Position numbers and translations under genes: made by a program | Source of the DNA: Hypanus sabinus | Taxonomy: Eukaryota | Direction of reading: 5' to 3' | NCBI RefSeq assembly: GCF_030144855.1 | Contig: NC_082734.1 | Span: 13,702,001-13,766,000 of the forward strand | DNA: 64,000 bases | In this document: in pieces, positions 52,425 to 63,314 of the stretch | Position numbering within the stretch: position 1 is the first letter of the stretch | How the letters are laid out: each line of letters starts with the position of its first letter | Notes under the pieces: generated by a model | What the model was told of the DNA's origin: nothing | What the model saw: the letters and a program-made list of their open reading frames with translations, nothing else | Database searches by the model: none

Positions 52425-55008
52425 GTGGGACGGGGGAGAGAGAGAGTGTGTGCGTGCGTACTGGAGCACCCGGCAGATACACATGCCTCCACATGGAATT
52501 GCACACACACTTATAGGAATGCCAATAAGTGTGCTTATCACTACATTGGTAAACATTCCAATAGCCTTGTGCAGAGAAGAGGCCTGCCTGATTGAATATT
52601 ACATGATATTTTTATATGCTTAAAATTAAAGTTAATAGCCGGTCAATTCTATAGTTACAATATATCTACAGTGCTTTCTTTGAATTACATATAGTTTTCA
52701 AACACCTACCTTCACATCCACACTCCAGACACCCAAAGTGAATGTTACTTCCACTGACTCTGGGCCACATTCACACAAATGCAGGTGTCTGAGGTCTATG
52801 GAGTGTTTCTTTGTTTGCAATCAGCCCCAAAATGCAGCTCCAGGGAGATCATTGTTCAGAGCTGCATTTTAAATTCAACCTATGATCCATGTTTGGGTCT
52901 AAAGACTGGCTGCTGTTGGAATTATATGTACCCTAACTTTGCTGTATACCCAAACTCTAGAATACACTCTGACAAGCCCTTCAGCCCATCAGGTTTGTGC
53001 TGACCATCAAACACCCATTTACATTAATCCTACACTTGTCCCCAGTTATCGGTCAGAATCAGGTTTATTATCACTGATACATGTTGTGAAATTGTTGTTT
53101 TGAGGTAGCAGTACAGTGTAATACAAAAAAATTACTGTAAGTTATTTAAAAGATCTATATAAGTAAGTAGTGTAAAAAGAGCAGAATAGTGAAGTAGTGT
53201 TCATGGGTTTTTGGAAACCTGATGGCAGAGGGGAAGAAGCTGTTCCTAAAATGTTAAGTGTGTGTCCTCAGGCTCCTGTACCTCCGTCCTGATGAGAGAA
53301 GGCACGTCCTGGATGGTAGGGATCTTTAATGCTGGATGCTGCCTTCCTGAGGTACCTCCGTTTTGAAGATTTCCTCGATGGTGGGGAGGCTTGTGCCCAT
53401 GGCGGAGCTGGCTGAGTCTACAACCCTCTGCAGTTTTTTTGATCCTGTGCACACCTAGGGACAATTTACAGCGGCCATTTAAACCCCCCCAGCTCCGTCT
53501 CGGACGGTCCTGCGCCTGGCTGTGAAAGGACGAGGGTTGGGCATGGGGCTGGCAACCTAGCCCATAAAAAGCCAGAGCTCCCGAAATGACTACTGAAGCT
53601 CCAGGGGCCCCATCTCTGGGGGAGATGGGGGCTACTTCTTGTTGGTGTAGCCCATCAAGGAGATGGTTGTCTTCTTGAGACAACTTGCCAACTTGAAAGA
53701 ATGGCCCAAGACAGAGATACTCTGCCCCCGTAGGGGCAGGGGTGTTTAACTAAGTAAGTTATTAAACCCCAGCCTGCTTGTCTTTGGGATGTGGCAGGAA
53801 CCTGCAGGTCACAGGGAGAACATGCAAACTCCACAAAGATAGCACCGGCGGTCCAGGTTGAACCCAGGTCTCTGGCCGTGTGGTGCTGACAGCCGCGTCA
53901 CTGACCCGCCTGAGTTTGCAACTACAGGAGTGCACAAGTACATTAAAAGCACCGTCGTCTGGTACGCGTCAGGCGTGCTGGGTGGCCTGTGACGTCGGCT
54001 TGGGAGCTATCCCAGTGTGGACCTGCGTGCCCTCCCTGTAAGGTGCCGGTTACTGGACCCTTCTCCAGATGACCTTTCGGACAGCTGACCTTTAATTGTA
54101 CTTGCACAACTGAGTGCGTGTGAACGCCTGTGCAAACGTGCACGGTGATAAGCGAGTACTCGCATGGAGGCACTAGTGTGCACACGCTGAGGTTCAGAAG
54201 GGATTGAAATATATAAAGAAAGGAAGACTATAGGTAGGATAAACAACAGTAAAGTTTTCCCTACATCAGAATTAGATTTGCCTTTGAGCGGACAACCCTA
54301 CTAAAGGTAGTGGATTCGGCCCAGTAAAGCCCTCCTAACCATTGAGCGCATCTACGTGAAACGTTGCCGTAGAAGAGCATCATCAATCTCCAAACAAGAG
54401 AAAACTTTGCAGATGCTGGAAATCCGAGCAACACACACACAAAATGCCGGAGGAACTCAGCAGGTCAGGCAGGATCTATGGAAAAGAGTAAACAGTTGAC
54501 GTTTCGGGCCGAGACCCTTCGGCAGGACGCAGTTTGTATTTGTTGATCCATCATCAAAGATCCTCGCCACCCAGGCCGTGCTCTTTTCTCGCTGCTGCCA
54601 TCAGGTAGAAGCTGTCCTTGAGCCTGGTGGAACGCCCCCTCGAGCTGTATCCTCTGCTTAATGACCTCTTGACCATGTCAGCGTGCTTTCACTCATTGAG
54701 ATGCTGCCCCACAATTGGCTGATTAGATATTCGCATTAACGTGTAGGTGTACAGGTGTACCGTATAAAGTAGCAACAAATGTGAGTTCAGTTCTGGTCAG
54801 CTCATTATAGGAAGGATGTGGAAGCTTTAGAGAGGAGACATAACCAGGATGCTGCCTGGATTGGAGAGCATGTCTGTCGAGGAAAGGTTGAGTCGAGTTA
54901 GGGGTTTTCTCTTTGGAGTGAGAGCTGATTTGATAGAGATGTATAAGATAAGAGACATAGATAAAGTGGACAGCCTTTTCCCCAGGTGTACATGACTAAT
55001 ACCAAAGG

Positions 55009-55052
55009 CAGGGGCCCCTTGGTTAATGGCATAAAATATTTGGAGACCCCTG
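55009..55052. mobile_element. Internally deleted tiny hAT MITE in a CR1 3' fragment
   Basis: caggggcccc...gagacccctg followed by gtttaaga; shares cccct..gttaatgg with 12190-12257. Confidence 0.5.
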
Positions 55053-55396
55053 GTTTAAGATGAAGGAAAGTTTTGGGAAGATGTCCGTGGCAGATTATCT
55101 TACGCAGAGAAAGGTGGGTGCCTGGGAAGCGTTGCTGGGATTGGAGGTGGAGGTTGTTACATTAGGGGCATTTAAGAGATTCATAGATGGCCGTATGGAT
55201 GAAAGAGAAATGGTGGGTTACGAGCTGTGGGGGAGAAAAGGGTTAGATTGATCTTGGTCAGCACGGAGTTTTGGGCTGAAGGGCCTGTGCTAGGTTCTAA
55301 TTCTTGCTGAGGATGTTCTGCCCAGTGAGCGTGTTGATGGGATTCCCTGGTCTGTTCTTGCTGGACCCCTCTGATGTCTCGGTGTTTCTCCCGCAG

Positions 55397-56185
55397 AGGC
55401 TGCCTGGTGACGGGGGGCCGAGACAAGATGGTGAAGGTGTGGGACCTGACTGGCTACAAAGCGCGGGAGAGCTACTGCGTGCAGACCATCGCGTCCGTGG
55501 CCCGCGTGCTGTGGCGGCCCGAGCGCCGGTACCACATCGCCACCTGCTCCATGATGGTGGACCACAACATCTACGTGTGGGACGTGCGCCGGCCCTACGT
55601 CCCCTTCGCCATGTTCGAGGAGCACAAGGATGTCACCACGGGCATCGCCTGGCGCCATGCCCACGACCCACACTTCCTGCTGTCAGGGTCCAAGGACAGC
55701 ACGCTGTACCACCACTTCTTCAGGGACGCCCAGCGCCCGGCCAGCCGGGCCGTCCCCGAGGGGCTGTCCATCAGCCTCTTCGGCGACGTGGCGTTCGCCG
55801 TCAAGGAGAGCCTGTGCTCGGCCGAGGGGGCCCGCAAGCCCTACGGCCCCGACCGCCGCTACCCTTTCTTCTTCGTGCGGCGCCAGGACCCCGCCGAGCA
55901 GTTCACCAGCGTGTCGAGCGCACTGAGCGTGTTTGAGTTGCGGCCGGGCGCCGCGGCCCCCGTGGACTGGTTCTCGCAGACGGCCTGCCGGTACTCCCTG
56001 AACGGCGGCCCCCTCCCCGAGCTGTGTGACCGCAACGCCGCCGTGGCCCGGCAGCTCAGGCGCTACCAGGTGGCTCAGATCTGGACCATGCTGAAGATTA
56101 TCTACGCTGGCGCAGGGGCTTGTGCCGCCGGGACCCAGGGCGGAGGCGGGCAGGGATCCAGCAAGGCGGCACATCCCCTCAGCAG
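55397..56185 (+). CDS. WDR24: WDR24 coding exon 3
   Basis: (R)[16 protein letters not shown]...[21 protein letters not shown]...[12 protein letters not shown]...HPLS; cccgcag| and AG|gtaccg; 789 nt, phase 2->2. Confidence 0.94.
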
Positions 56186-56451
56186 GTACCGCACATCCCC
56201 ACACACAGACAGTCGCAGTCTGAGCCTGTCAGAATCAATGAACGTTTGTTTCTGTGCTTTCACTCATGGCTGATTTCTCTCTGTCTTTCTCTGACACGCC
56301 CTCTCTCGTGTGCTCACTCTCTCTCTCTTGCGCGTTCCCTCTCACACACATGTATGTAAACATACATGCAAACGTGTTCATTCACTCATGCCTACATATT
56401 CACACAGTCATTCAGACACATGCACAATCGTTCATGCTTGTGTTCATTTAT

Positions 56452-56641
56452 NNNNNNNNNNNNNNNNNNNNNNNNNNNNNNNNNNNNNNNNNNNNNNNNN
56501 NNNNNNNNNNNNNNNNNNNNNNNNNNNNNNNNNNNNNNNNNNNNNNNNNNNNNNNNNNNNNNNNNNNNNNNNNNNNNNNNNNNNNNNNNNNNNNNNNNNN
56601 NNNNNNNNNNNNNNNNNNNNNNNNNNNNNNNNNNNNNNNNN
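56452..56641. other. Assembly gap (N run) flanked by CA-rich and CT-rich low-complexity sequence
   Basis: Run of n characters. Confidence 1.
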
Positions 56642-57394
56642 CCCACTCCTCCTCTCTCTCCCCCTCCCCCTCCCTCCCCTTTCTCCCCCCCTCTCTCTCC
56701 CCCCTCCCCCTCTCCCTCCCCCCCCCTTCTCCCCCTCCTCATTCAGCATCTGTGCCTAACAATAGAAAGGTAAGCACTGCATGTTATAGTCAAACACACA
56801 GATTGATCCCGTCACCACCGTCTGTCACTCACCTCCACGCTAAGTCCAGGCGTTGGAGCAGTGACTCTGAGCTGAAGCTGTGGTTGTTATTTACAGTAAA
56901 CACTAATGTTCCGTTCTCCTTCCTAAATCTCCATGTTCTACTTTAATGTTAACATGTTGTGTTTGTCTGTGGACTCCTTTTAACCACATAACAATTACAG
57001 CACGGAAACAGGCCATCTCGGCCCTTCTAGTCCGTGCCGAACGCTTACTCTCACCTAGTCCCACTGACCCGCACTCAGCCCATAACCCTCCATTCCTTTC
57101 CTGTCCATATACCTATACAATTTTACTTTAAATGACAATACCGAACCTGCCTCTACCGCTTCTACTGAAAGCTCATTCCACACAGCTACCACTCTTGAGT
57201 AAAGAAATTCCCCCTCGTGTTACCCTTAAACTTTTGCCCTATAAGTCTCAACTCATGTCCTCTTGTTTGAATCTCCCCTACTCTCAATGGAAAAAGCCTG
57301 TCCACGTCAACTCTATCTATCCCCCTCATAATTTTAAATACCTCTATCAAATCCCCCCTCAACCTTCTATGCTCCAGAGAATAAAGACCTAACT

Positions 57395-60290
57395 CAGGGG
57401 TCAGCAACCTTTACCACTGAAAGAGCCACTTGGACCCGTTTCCCACAGAAAAGAAAACACTGGGAGCCGCAAAACCCGTTTGACATTTAAAATGAAATAA
57501 CACTGCATACAACGTTTTTTTTGCCTTTATGCTATGTATAAACAAACTATAATGTGTTGCATTTATGAAATTGATGAACTCCTGCAGAGAAAACGAAATT
57601 ACATTTCTGCATGCAACAAAAACATTTTGAACTCCGAAAAAAAGACGTTGGGTTGAAAGTTACTTTTAAGTAAAATATTCAATGTCTATTTGAGTCCTTC
57701 TTGTGTTTATGAAAAACGCCGAACTTAAATTGTCCGCCAGCAGCAAACCAAAAATAACGTCAGCCAGCTGTCATCCTGAAAAATAAAAGGATTATTTCAC
57801 TGAACGATGAAAAAATATGAATATACGTAAAATAAGAGGCAATTAAAATATTTATCATACTTGGTTAATGGGATTTCTGCTCCTGGACCTCAGCGCACAG
57901 CGTCTGCACATCAGGGCTGTATGACGTCACCTTCATCTTTACACAGGATCGCAAGCTGTCATCTGTGAAGCATGCGCGATGTTTGTTTTTAATAAAGTTC
58001 ATGTTGGAGAACACCTGCTCACATACATATGTGGATCCAAAGATCGACAGGACTCCAAGCGCATACTTTTTCATGTTTACATAAATGTCGGGCACAGCAT
58101 TCCATGTTTCAAACACAAGTTGGTCCGGATTTGGAAGGTTTTCAATATCACTCCATTTGTGATTCTGAGCAAGAACGGCCTTCTGACGGGCAACATCTTC
58201 AAGGTCTGCTGTCAAGCGTCTAAACTTGGACACCCATATGTCTTTGTCGGCTATGTCGGCCAGTTCCATCTCAAGATCAGGTTGACTCACACCTGCCAAT
58301 GCAGTCGTATTCAGTAGGGAAGGATCGATGCTTAAGGGAGTGACCGGGAAGGATAATGTGTTTTTTTCCTCTCTGAACTCACAGAAGCGTTTCCCAAACG
58401 ATGTTTGCATTGCGATGATTGCAGAATGTAAATACTCCGAAATTATCATGTCGTGACCTTGTTTGAACTCTCTCAAATTGGGGAAGTGAGACAAAGTGCC
58501 TTTCTGTAAATCTCTGGCAAGCACTGTCAACTTGCGCTCGAATGCCAAGACATCCTCCAACATGTGCAGGGCTGTGCGTCCTTTCCCCTGAAGAGCTGTG
58601 TTCAGCGTGTTCAGGTGCGCTGTCATGTCTACCATGAAGTGTAGCTTTTCCAGCCACTCTGGCTGTTCCAGCTCAGGAAAGTTGAGCCCTTTGCTGCCCA
58701 GGAAAGTTTTCACTTCTTCCAGACACGCGACAAAGCGTTTCAGCACCTCCCCTTTGGACAGCCACCGGACTTTGTTGTGCAGCAGGAGATCAGAATATGC
58801 GCTTTCCATCTCGTCCAGTAACAAACGGAATTGACGGTGATTTAAACTTTTTGCCATTATTTTATTGACAATCTGAATGACAACATCCATTACTTCTGTG
58901 CATTCCGGAGGAAATGTTTGAGCGCACAGTGCCTCTTGGTGCAAGATGCAGTGAAAAGTCAGCAGCTTTCTGTCCAGCGACTTCTGCAGTAAAGCCACAA
59001 ATCCCTTGTGCGTTCCCGTCATATTCGGAGCCCCATCAGTAGCTACTGACACCAGATGGGTGGTCTTTATTCCTTTGGCTCTTAAACAATTCAAGACAGC
59101 CTCACAGATGTCCTCCCCCCGTGTTTGGTCTTTTAGAGGTATCAACTCAATCAGTTCTTCCTGTGGCCCGGCAGAGTTTACATACCGGCAGAACAACGCT
59201 ATTTGTTCAATATCGCCTTTGTCTTTAGACTCGTCACAGGCAATCGAGTAGGCCACAGCTGAATTGATGTCTTTAATTTGCTGTCTTGTGATGTCTTCTG
59301 CCATTTTTATGGTTCTGTCTTTGACAGTCTTTGCAGAGAGGGGCATATCCCTGATTTTCTGCACAATTTCACTCTTGTTTTTAAAGTCCGTGAATAGATG
59401 TTCTGAAATCTTAATGAAAGATTCTTTTATATATTCACCATCTGTAAACTGCTTCCCGTGCCTGACTATTTCCTGAGCGGCAATATAACTGGCGTATGTC
59501 GTTGATTTTCCTGACTTCATCCATTTCTGGAAATGATTTTTGCTCAGATCAACCTTCCGCATCAGTTCCGAAACGGCTTTTTTTCTCTCATCTCCATCCG
59601 GATATTTTTGAGCAAAGGCTGCGTGTTTACTCTGGAAATGCCTTGCGACATTTGACTTTTTGTTGTTTGCTAGTTTCTCATTGCATATTAAGCATACCGG
59701 TAAACCAGTCTCGTCAACAGTGAAAGCAAATGAATCTGTCCACGTATCATTAAACGTTCTGTTTTCTTCAGTCACTTTTCTTTTTTTAGAATTCTCCATA
59801 GTTGGCTTACCTTGGATCGAAAAATTAAAGAAATCGTGCACTGGCGGGTGTCAGGTATTGGCAGTGGTGACGTATATTAATAGCGATAAAAACACGTTGC
59901 AGCGGTGTGTTCAGGCAGTCAGTAAACTGCAGTCGAATAACTTTATTCGAACTAAACAGCCTTGCTTCTAAGCCTCCCTCAACCCAGCCCCCATGGACGC
60001 AGATGCTGCAAAAGACACGTACTCACAAACCCCCGTAGGCAATCTCCCTTAGCCGGAATGCTGGCTAATTGAGAGCCGTTTCGGATGTGTCAGAAAATGT
60101 GTCGCCACACTTACATTGTACAAGATCACCATAATCTTCAAATTTAGAATTACATTTCAAAAGCTAACAAACTAACATAAAATACATTTTAATTAAATAC
60201 TGACCAATTATTTCCCAAAGCCACAGGGAGCCGCAGCACAGAGGTGAAAGAGCCACAAATGGCTCGGGAGCCGCAGGTTGCCGACCCCCG
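57395..60290 (-). mobile_element. Full-length autonomous hAT transposon (Buster/Charlie group), 2896 bp
   Basis: TIRs caggggtcagcaacct / aggttgccgacccccg (14/16 match), perfect 8-bp TSD acctaact at 57387-57394 and 60291-60298, shared subterminal motifs tgaaagagccac and gggagccgca. Confidence 0.96.
57865..59799 (-). CDS. Intact hAT transposase (644 aa from first ATG; GTF2IRD2/EPM2AIP1-like family)
   Basis: NLS-like KKRK, BED-like CLIC..RHF..H, catalytic D (ACDES), D (TDGA), CxxH (HCILH), RW, E (VCEQ), C-terminal hATC-like region; no stops or frameshifts. Confidence 0.95.
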   Translation of the reverse strand: MENSKKRKVTEENRTFNDTWTDSFAFTVDETGLPVCLICNEKLANNKKSNVARHFQSKHAAFAQKYPDGDERKKAVSELMRKVDLSKNHFQKWMKSGKSTTYASYIAAQEIVRHGKQFTDGEYIKESFIKISEHLFTDFKNKSEIVQKIRDMPLSAKTVKDRTIKMAEDITRQQIKDINSAVAYSIACDESKDKGDIEQIALFCRYVNSAGPQEELIELIPLKDQTRGEDICEAVLNCLRAKGIKTTHLVSVATDGAPNMTGTHKGFVALLQKSLDRKLLTFHCILHQEALCAQTFPPECTEVMDVVIQIVNKIMAKSLNHRQFRLLLDEMESAYSDLLLHNKVRWLSKGEVLKRFVACLEEVKTFLGSKGLNFPELEQPEWLEKLHFMVDMTAHLNTLNTALQGKGRTALHMLEDVLAFERKLTVLARDLQKGTLSHFPNLREFKQGHDMIISEYLHSAIIAMQTSFGKRFCEFREEKNTLSFPVTPLSIDPSLLNTTALAGVSQPDLEMELADIADKDIWVSKFRRLTADLEDVARQKAVLAQNHKWSDIENLPNPDQLVFETWNAVPDIYVNMKKYALGVLSIFGSTYVCEQVFSNMNFIKNKHRACFTDDSLRSCVKMKVTSYSPDVQTLCAEVQEQKSH

Positions 60291-61143
60291 ACCTAACTTG
60301 TTCAATCTTTCCCTGTAACTTAGGTGCTGAAACTCAGGTAACCTTTTGATTTTGAAGGTGCCCTCTGCATAAACAATAAGTTGTTTTATTGTCCTTTTTT
60401 CAGAGTGGATTACCTCCCATTTCCCGGCATGATGCTCTTTCAGCCAGCTCCTCTCCATTTCTTCACCAATCTAGACTGATTTGTGGGCTCTTTGAGCTCT
60501 CAGAATCCCCAGCCTGCCCCTCGTATCATCAGTGATTTTTGGCTCCTGGACCCTTCATTCCTTCATCCAAATCTCCAATACAGACTGAATAGTTGAGGTA
60601 TCAGTGTCAGTTGCTGTGAATTCCACTTATTCAGACCATTACTCTGCCAACGACCCATTTATTTCAGCTCTCTGATGTAGGATTTCAACCTGAAATGCTG
60701 ACAATTCCTTTTTCCCCTCTAGATGCTGCTCGACCTGCTGAGTTCTGCCAGCCGGTTGTTGATTGCCTCATATTCCCACCTCTGTATGCTCTTGTGCATC
60801 AAAACTCGGATTTATACCGGTCTGCCACGGAATTTATTACCCCAACTGTTGCACCATATACCTCAGTGAATACTAATGTTCTGTGTTTCATCTAAGTCCC
60901 AATACTCTACATGTACTTGTACCCCTTTATCCACTCTGCCTGTTACATCCCCAAAGATCTGCATATCGTTCAACAAGGGGTTCACTACACAAAGGTTTCG
61001 TTGTGATGAGGGGCCTTAGATGGGGTTTGGGCTCTGGGATCTGACCTGTACCCAGCCTTGCTTTTAGCTGCAGCCTGCTGAGTAATGCATTGTCTAATGT
61101 GTAAAGAATTCTTCCCCCCCCCCCCCCGACCCCGTTTCTGCAG

Positions 61144-61268
61144 CTTTACTTTGAAAGACGGCAACGCAGCATTAGGAAGTGAAGCCAAGCTTGAGAGAGT
61201 CCGACTGGAAAACCGTCAGGACAGCCTACCCCTGGATTTGACTGTTATTTCGCTGCAGACTAACGAAG
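61144..61268 (+). CDS. WDR24: WDR24 coding exon 4
   Basis: (S)FTLKDGNAALGSEAKLERVRLENRQDSLPLDLTVISLQTNE; ttctgcag| and G|gtacca; 125 nt, phase 2->1; resembles WDR24 SFNLKD..GSE.RL.R...TNE. Confidence 0.9.
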
Positions 61269-62379
61269 GTACCACTTCATCCCAGTTCACCTCTTTGACT
61301 CTCCCTCCAAATAATCCCTAGGAAAATGTCAATTACAGGGTGTGGGTGAAACCAAGTCCGGAGCACTGTACATAGTGTTCGTCCTCCTTGCCCAACAATG
61401 GATTCAGTAGCACTGGGGGTGTAATTGTGAACAGGGTCACCAGAGGGACGCACACAAGCTGCCACCTTTTGGTGTCACGAGAGAGAAGGAGAGGGACTTT
61501 CCAACCCAACATTGCAGCACGTTTTTATATGTTAAAGAACAAAGGTAACAGAGCAATTTCTATACTTACAGTGCCTCAGAATGCTCCTTTTGAGTTACTG
61601 GGTCTTCCCACCAATGCACCCAAAATGAGTTAATTACTATGGTCTCTGAGTCGATTGTATGTTGATTGCATTCATGCATATGCAGACATCTCAGTTAGTT
61701 GGATGTCTCCTGCTCTGCAAATGACTCTAAATGCTGTGGACTCTGAGTCATATTCATGCATTGGGGTGTTGATTGCATTCATGCATATGCAGACAAGTAG
61801 CAGTCAATTGGAGTTTCCTGGTCTGAAATTTACTGTTCTGAGCTGCATTTTAAATTCAATCTACGATCCATATTCAGATTTGAAGGTTGGTTGCTGCTGA
61901 CGTTAATATTTGCTTCATACCCTAATTCCAGAATATACTCTTAACAGGCATTTCATAAGAGAATGATTATTTCTTGGGGTGAAATGGTTGTCTTCTCAAG
62001 AGAGAGTAACAGGTTGGGTCTGTATTGGGACCACAGACCCCTTGCTTAATTGTATTGGTCCTTGGCATAAAAGAGGTTGGGAAAGCCTGTTTAAGGATCT
62101 CCCAGAGATTTTCACATAGGATCAGAGAGCAGAGCGTTCATCTTTCAAATGTATTTCCTCCGACTGATCTCCAGCTCAAACCCACCCAGACCCATCCCTG
62201 GGTACTCCAACCTGTTTATTCATCTCCATAGATGCTGAGTCCCTCCAGCATTGTGTGTTCCCCAAGCATGTCAGAATCAGGTTCATTATCACGGACTTAT
62301 GTTAATGAAATTTGTTGTTTTGTGGCAGCAGTGCAATGTAATCCATTAAAAAATACTATAAGTTACAATTTTTAAAATA

Positions 62380-63058
62380 TGTATTTGTTTATTGAGATGC
62401 GGTGTAAAATAGGCTCTTTTAGCTGTAGTGTCCAGCTTCTAATGGGCAGGTGAGAGGAAATGAAAGGTCAAAGTGAGGAATAAATTCCAATAGATTCCAT
62501 TACCCCAGTTTAATCCTAGGCTAATCGTGGGACAATTTACAATGACCAACCAACCTCCCAACTGGTACGTCTTTGAACTGTGGGAGGAAAGAGGAATATT
62601 AAGAGGAGTAGACTGAGTGGACAGCCAGCACCTCTTCCCCGGGGCACCACTGCTCAGTGCAAGAGGACATGGCTTTAAGGTAAGGAGTGGGAAGTTCAAG
62701 GGGAATATTAGAGGAAGGTTTTTCACTCGGAGAGTGGTTGGTGTGTGGAATGCACTGCCTGAGTCAGTGGTGGAGGCAGATACACTAGTGAAGTTTAAGA
62801 GACTACTAGACAGGTATATGGAGGAATTTAAGGTGAGGGGGTTATATGGGAGGCAGGGTTTGAGGGTCAGCGCAACATTGTGGGCCGAAGGGCCTGTAAT
62901 GTGCTGTACTATTCTGTGTTCTAAACCAGAGCACCAGGAGCAAACCGACACAATCACGGGGAGAACGTACAAATTCCTTACAGGCAGTAGCGGGAATAGA
63001 ACACAGGTCGCCTGTACCATAAAGTGTTGTGCTAACCACTACGCTACCGTGTCGCCGC
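62380..63058 (-). mobile_element. HE1-like SINE interrupted by a + strand CR1 3' fragment (about 62590-62921)
   Basis: SINE core breaks at ctgtgggaggaaa and resumes at aaaccagagcacc; the insert encodes RGHGFKVRSGKFKGNIRGRFFTRRVVGVWNALPE. Confidence 0.8.
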
Positions 63059-63209
63059 TAAAGTGGAATAATGAGATAAGGTTCACTGACTGTTCAGAAA
63101 TCTGATGGTGGAGGCGGAGAAACTATTCCTAAAATGTTGAATTCGAGGTAATGGAATATTGTTTAGATCAAGTTAACAGAGCTGTGCGGTGCCTTTTGCA
63201 TCCCTTCAG

Positions 63210-63314
63210 ATAACGAGGAGACGGAGGGCAGTGACGCACCAGCGGATTACCTGTTCGGTGATGGTGAAGTCGACGAGGACGATTTCTTCATTGTCGATCA
63301 CGAGAATGCTCCAG
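63210..63314 (+). CDS. WDR24: WDR24 coding exon 5 (gene continues beyond the window)
   Basis: (D)NEETEGSDAPADYLFGDGEVDEDDFFIVDHENAP; cccttcag| and |gtgagt; 105 nt. Confidence 0.94.

Larger units (their letters stand above)
56985..60345 (-). mobile_element. CR1 3' fragment split by the hAT insertion (CR1 parts 56985-57394 and 60291-60345)
   Basis: LGLYSLEHRRLRGDLIEVFKIMRGIDRV on the left continues as FQHLSYRERLNKLG on the right. Confidence 0.88.

Noticed and set aside
49662-56204. Long antisense and alternative-frame ORFs over WDR24 exons 1 and 3
   Set aside because: Expected shadows of extreme GC3 (few stop codons).
56254-56946. ORFs of 101-230 aa spanning 56.3-56.9 kb
   Set aside because: Artefacts of the N-gap and low-complexity flanks. 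WDR24 exons 3 and 4 join in frame without a missing exon.
59800-59841. N-terminal 14 aa of the listed 658-aa ORF
   Set aside because: It starts at GTG; the first ATG (MENSKKRK) at 59799 is the plausible eukaryotic start.
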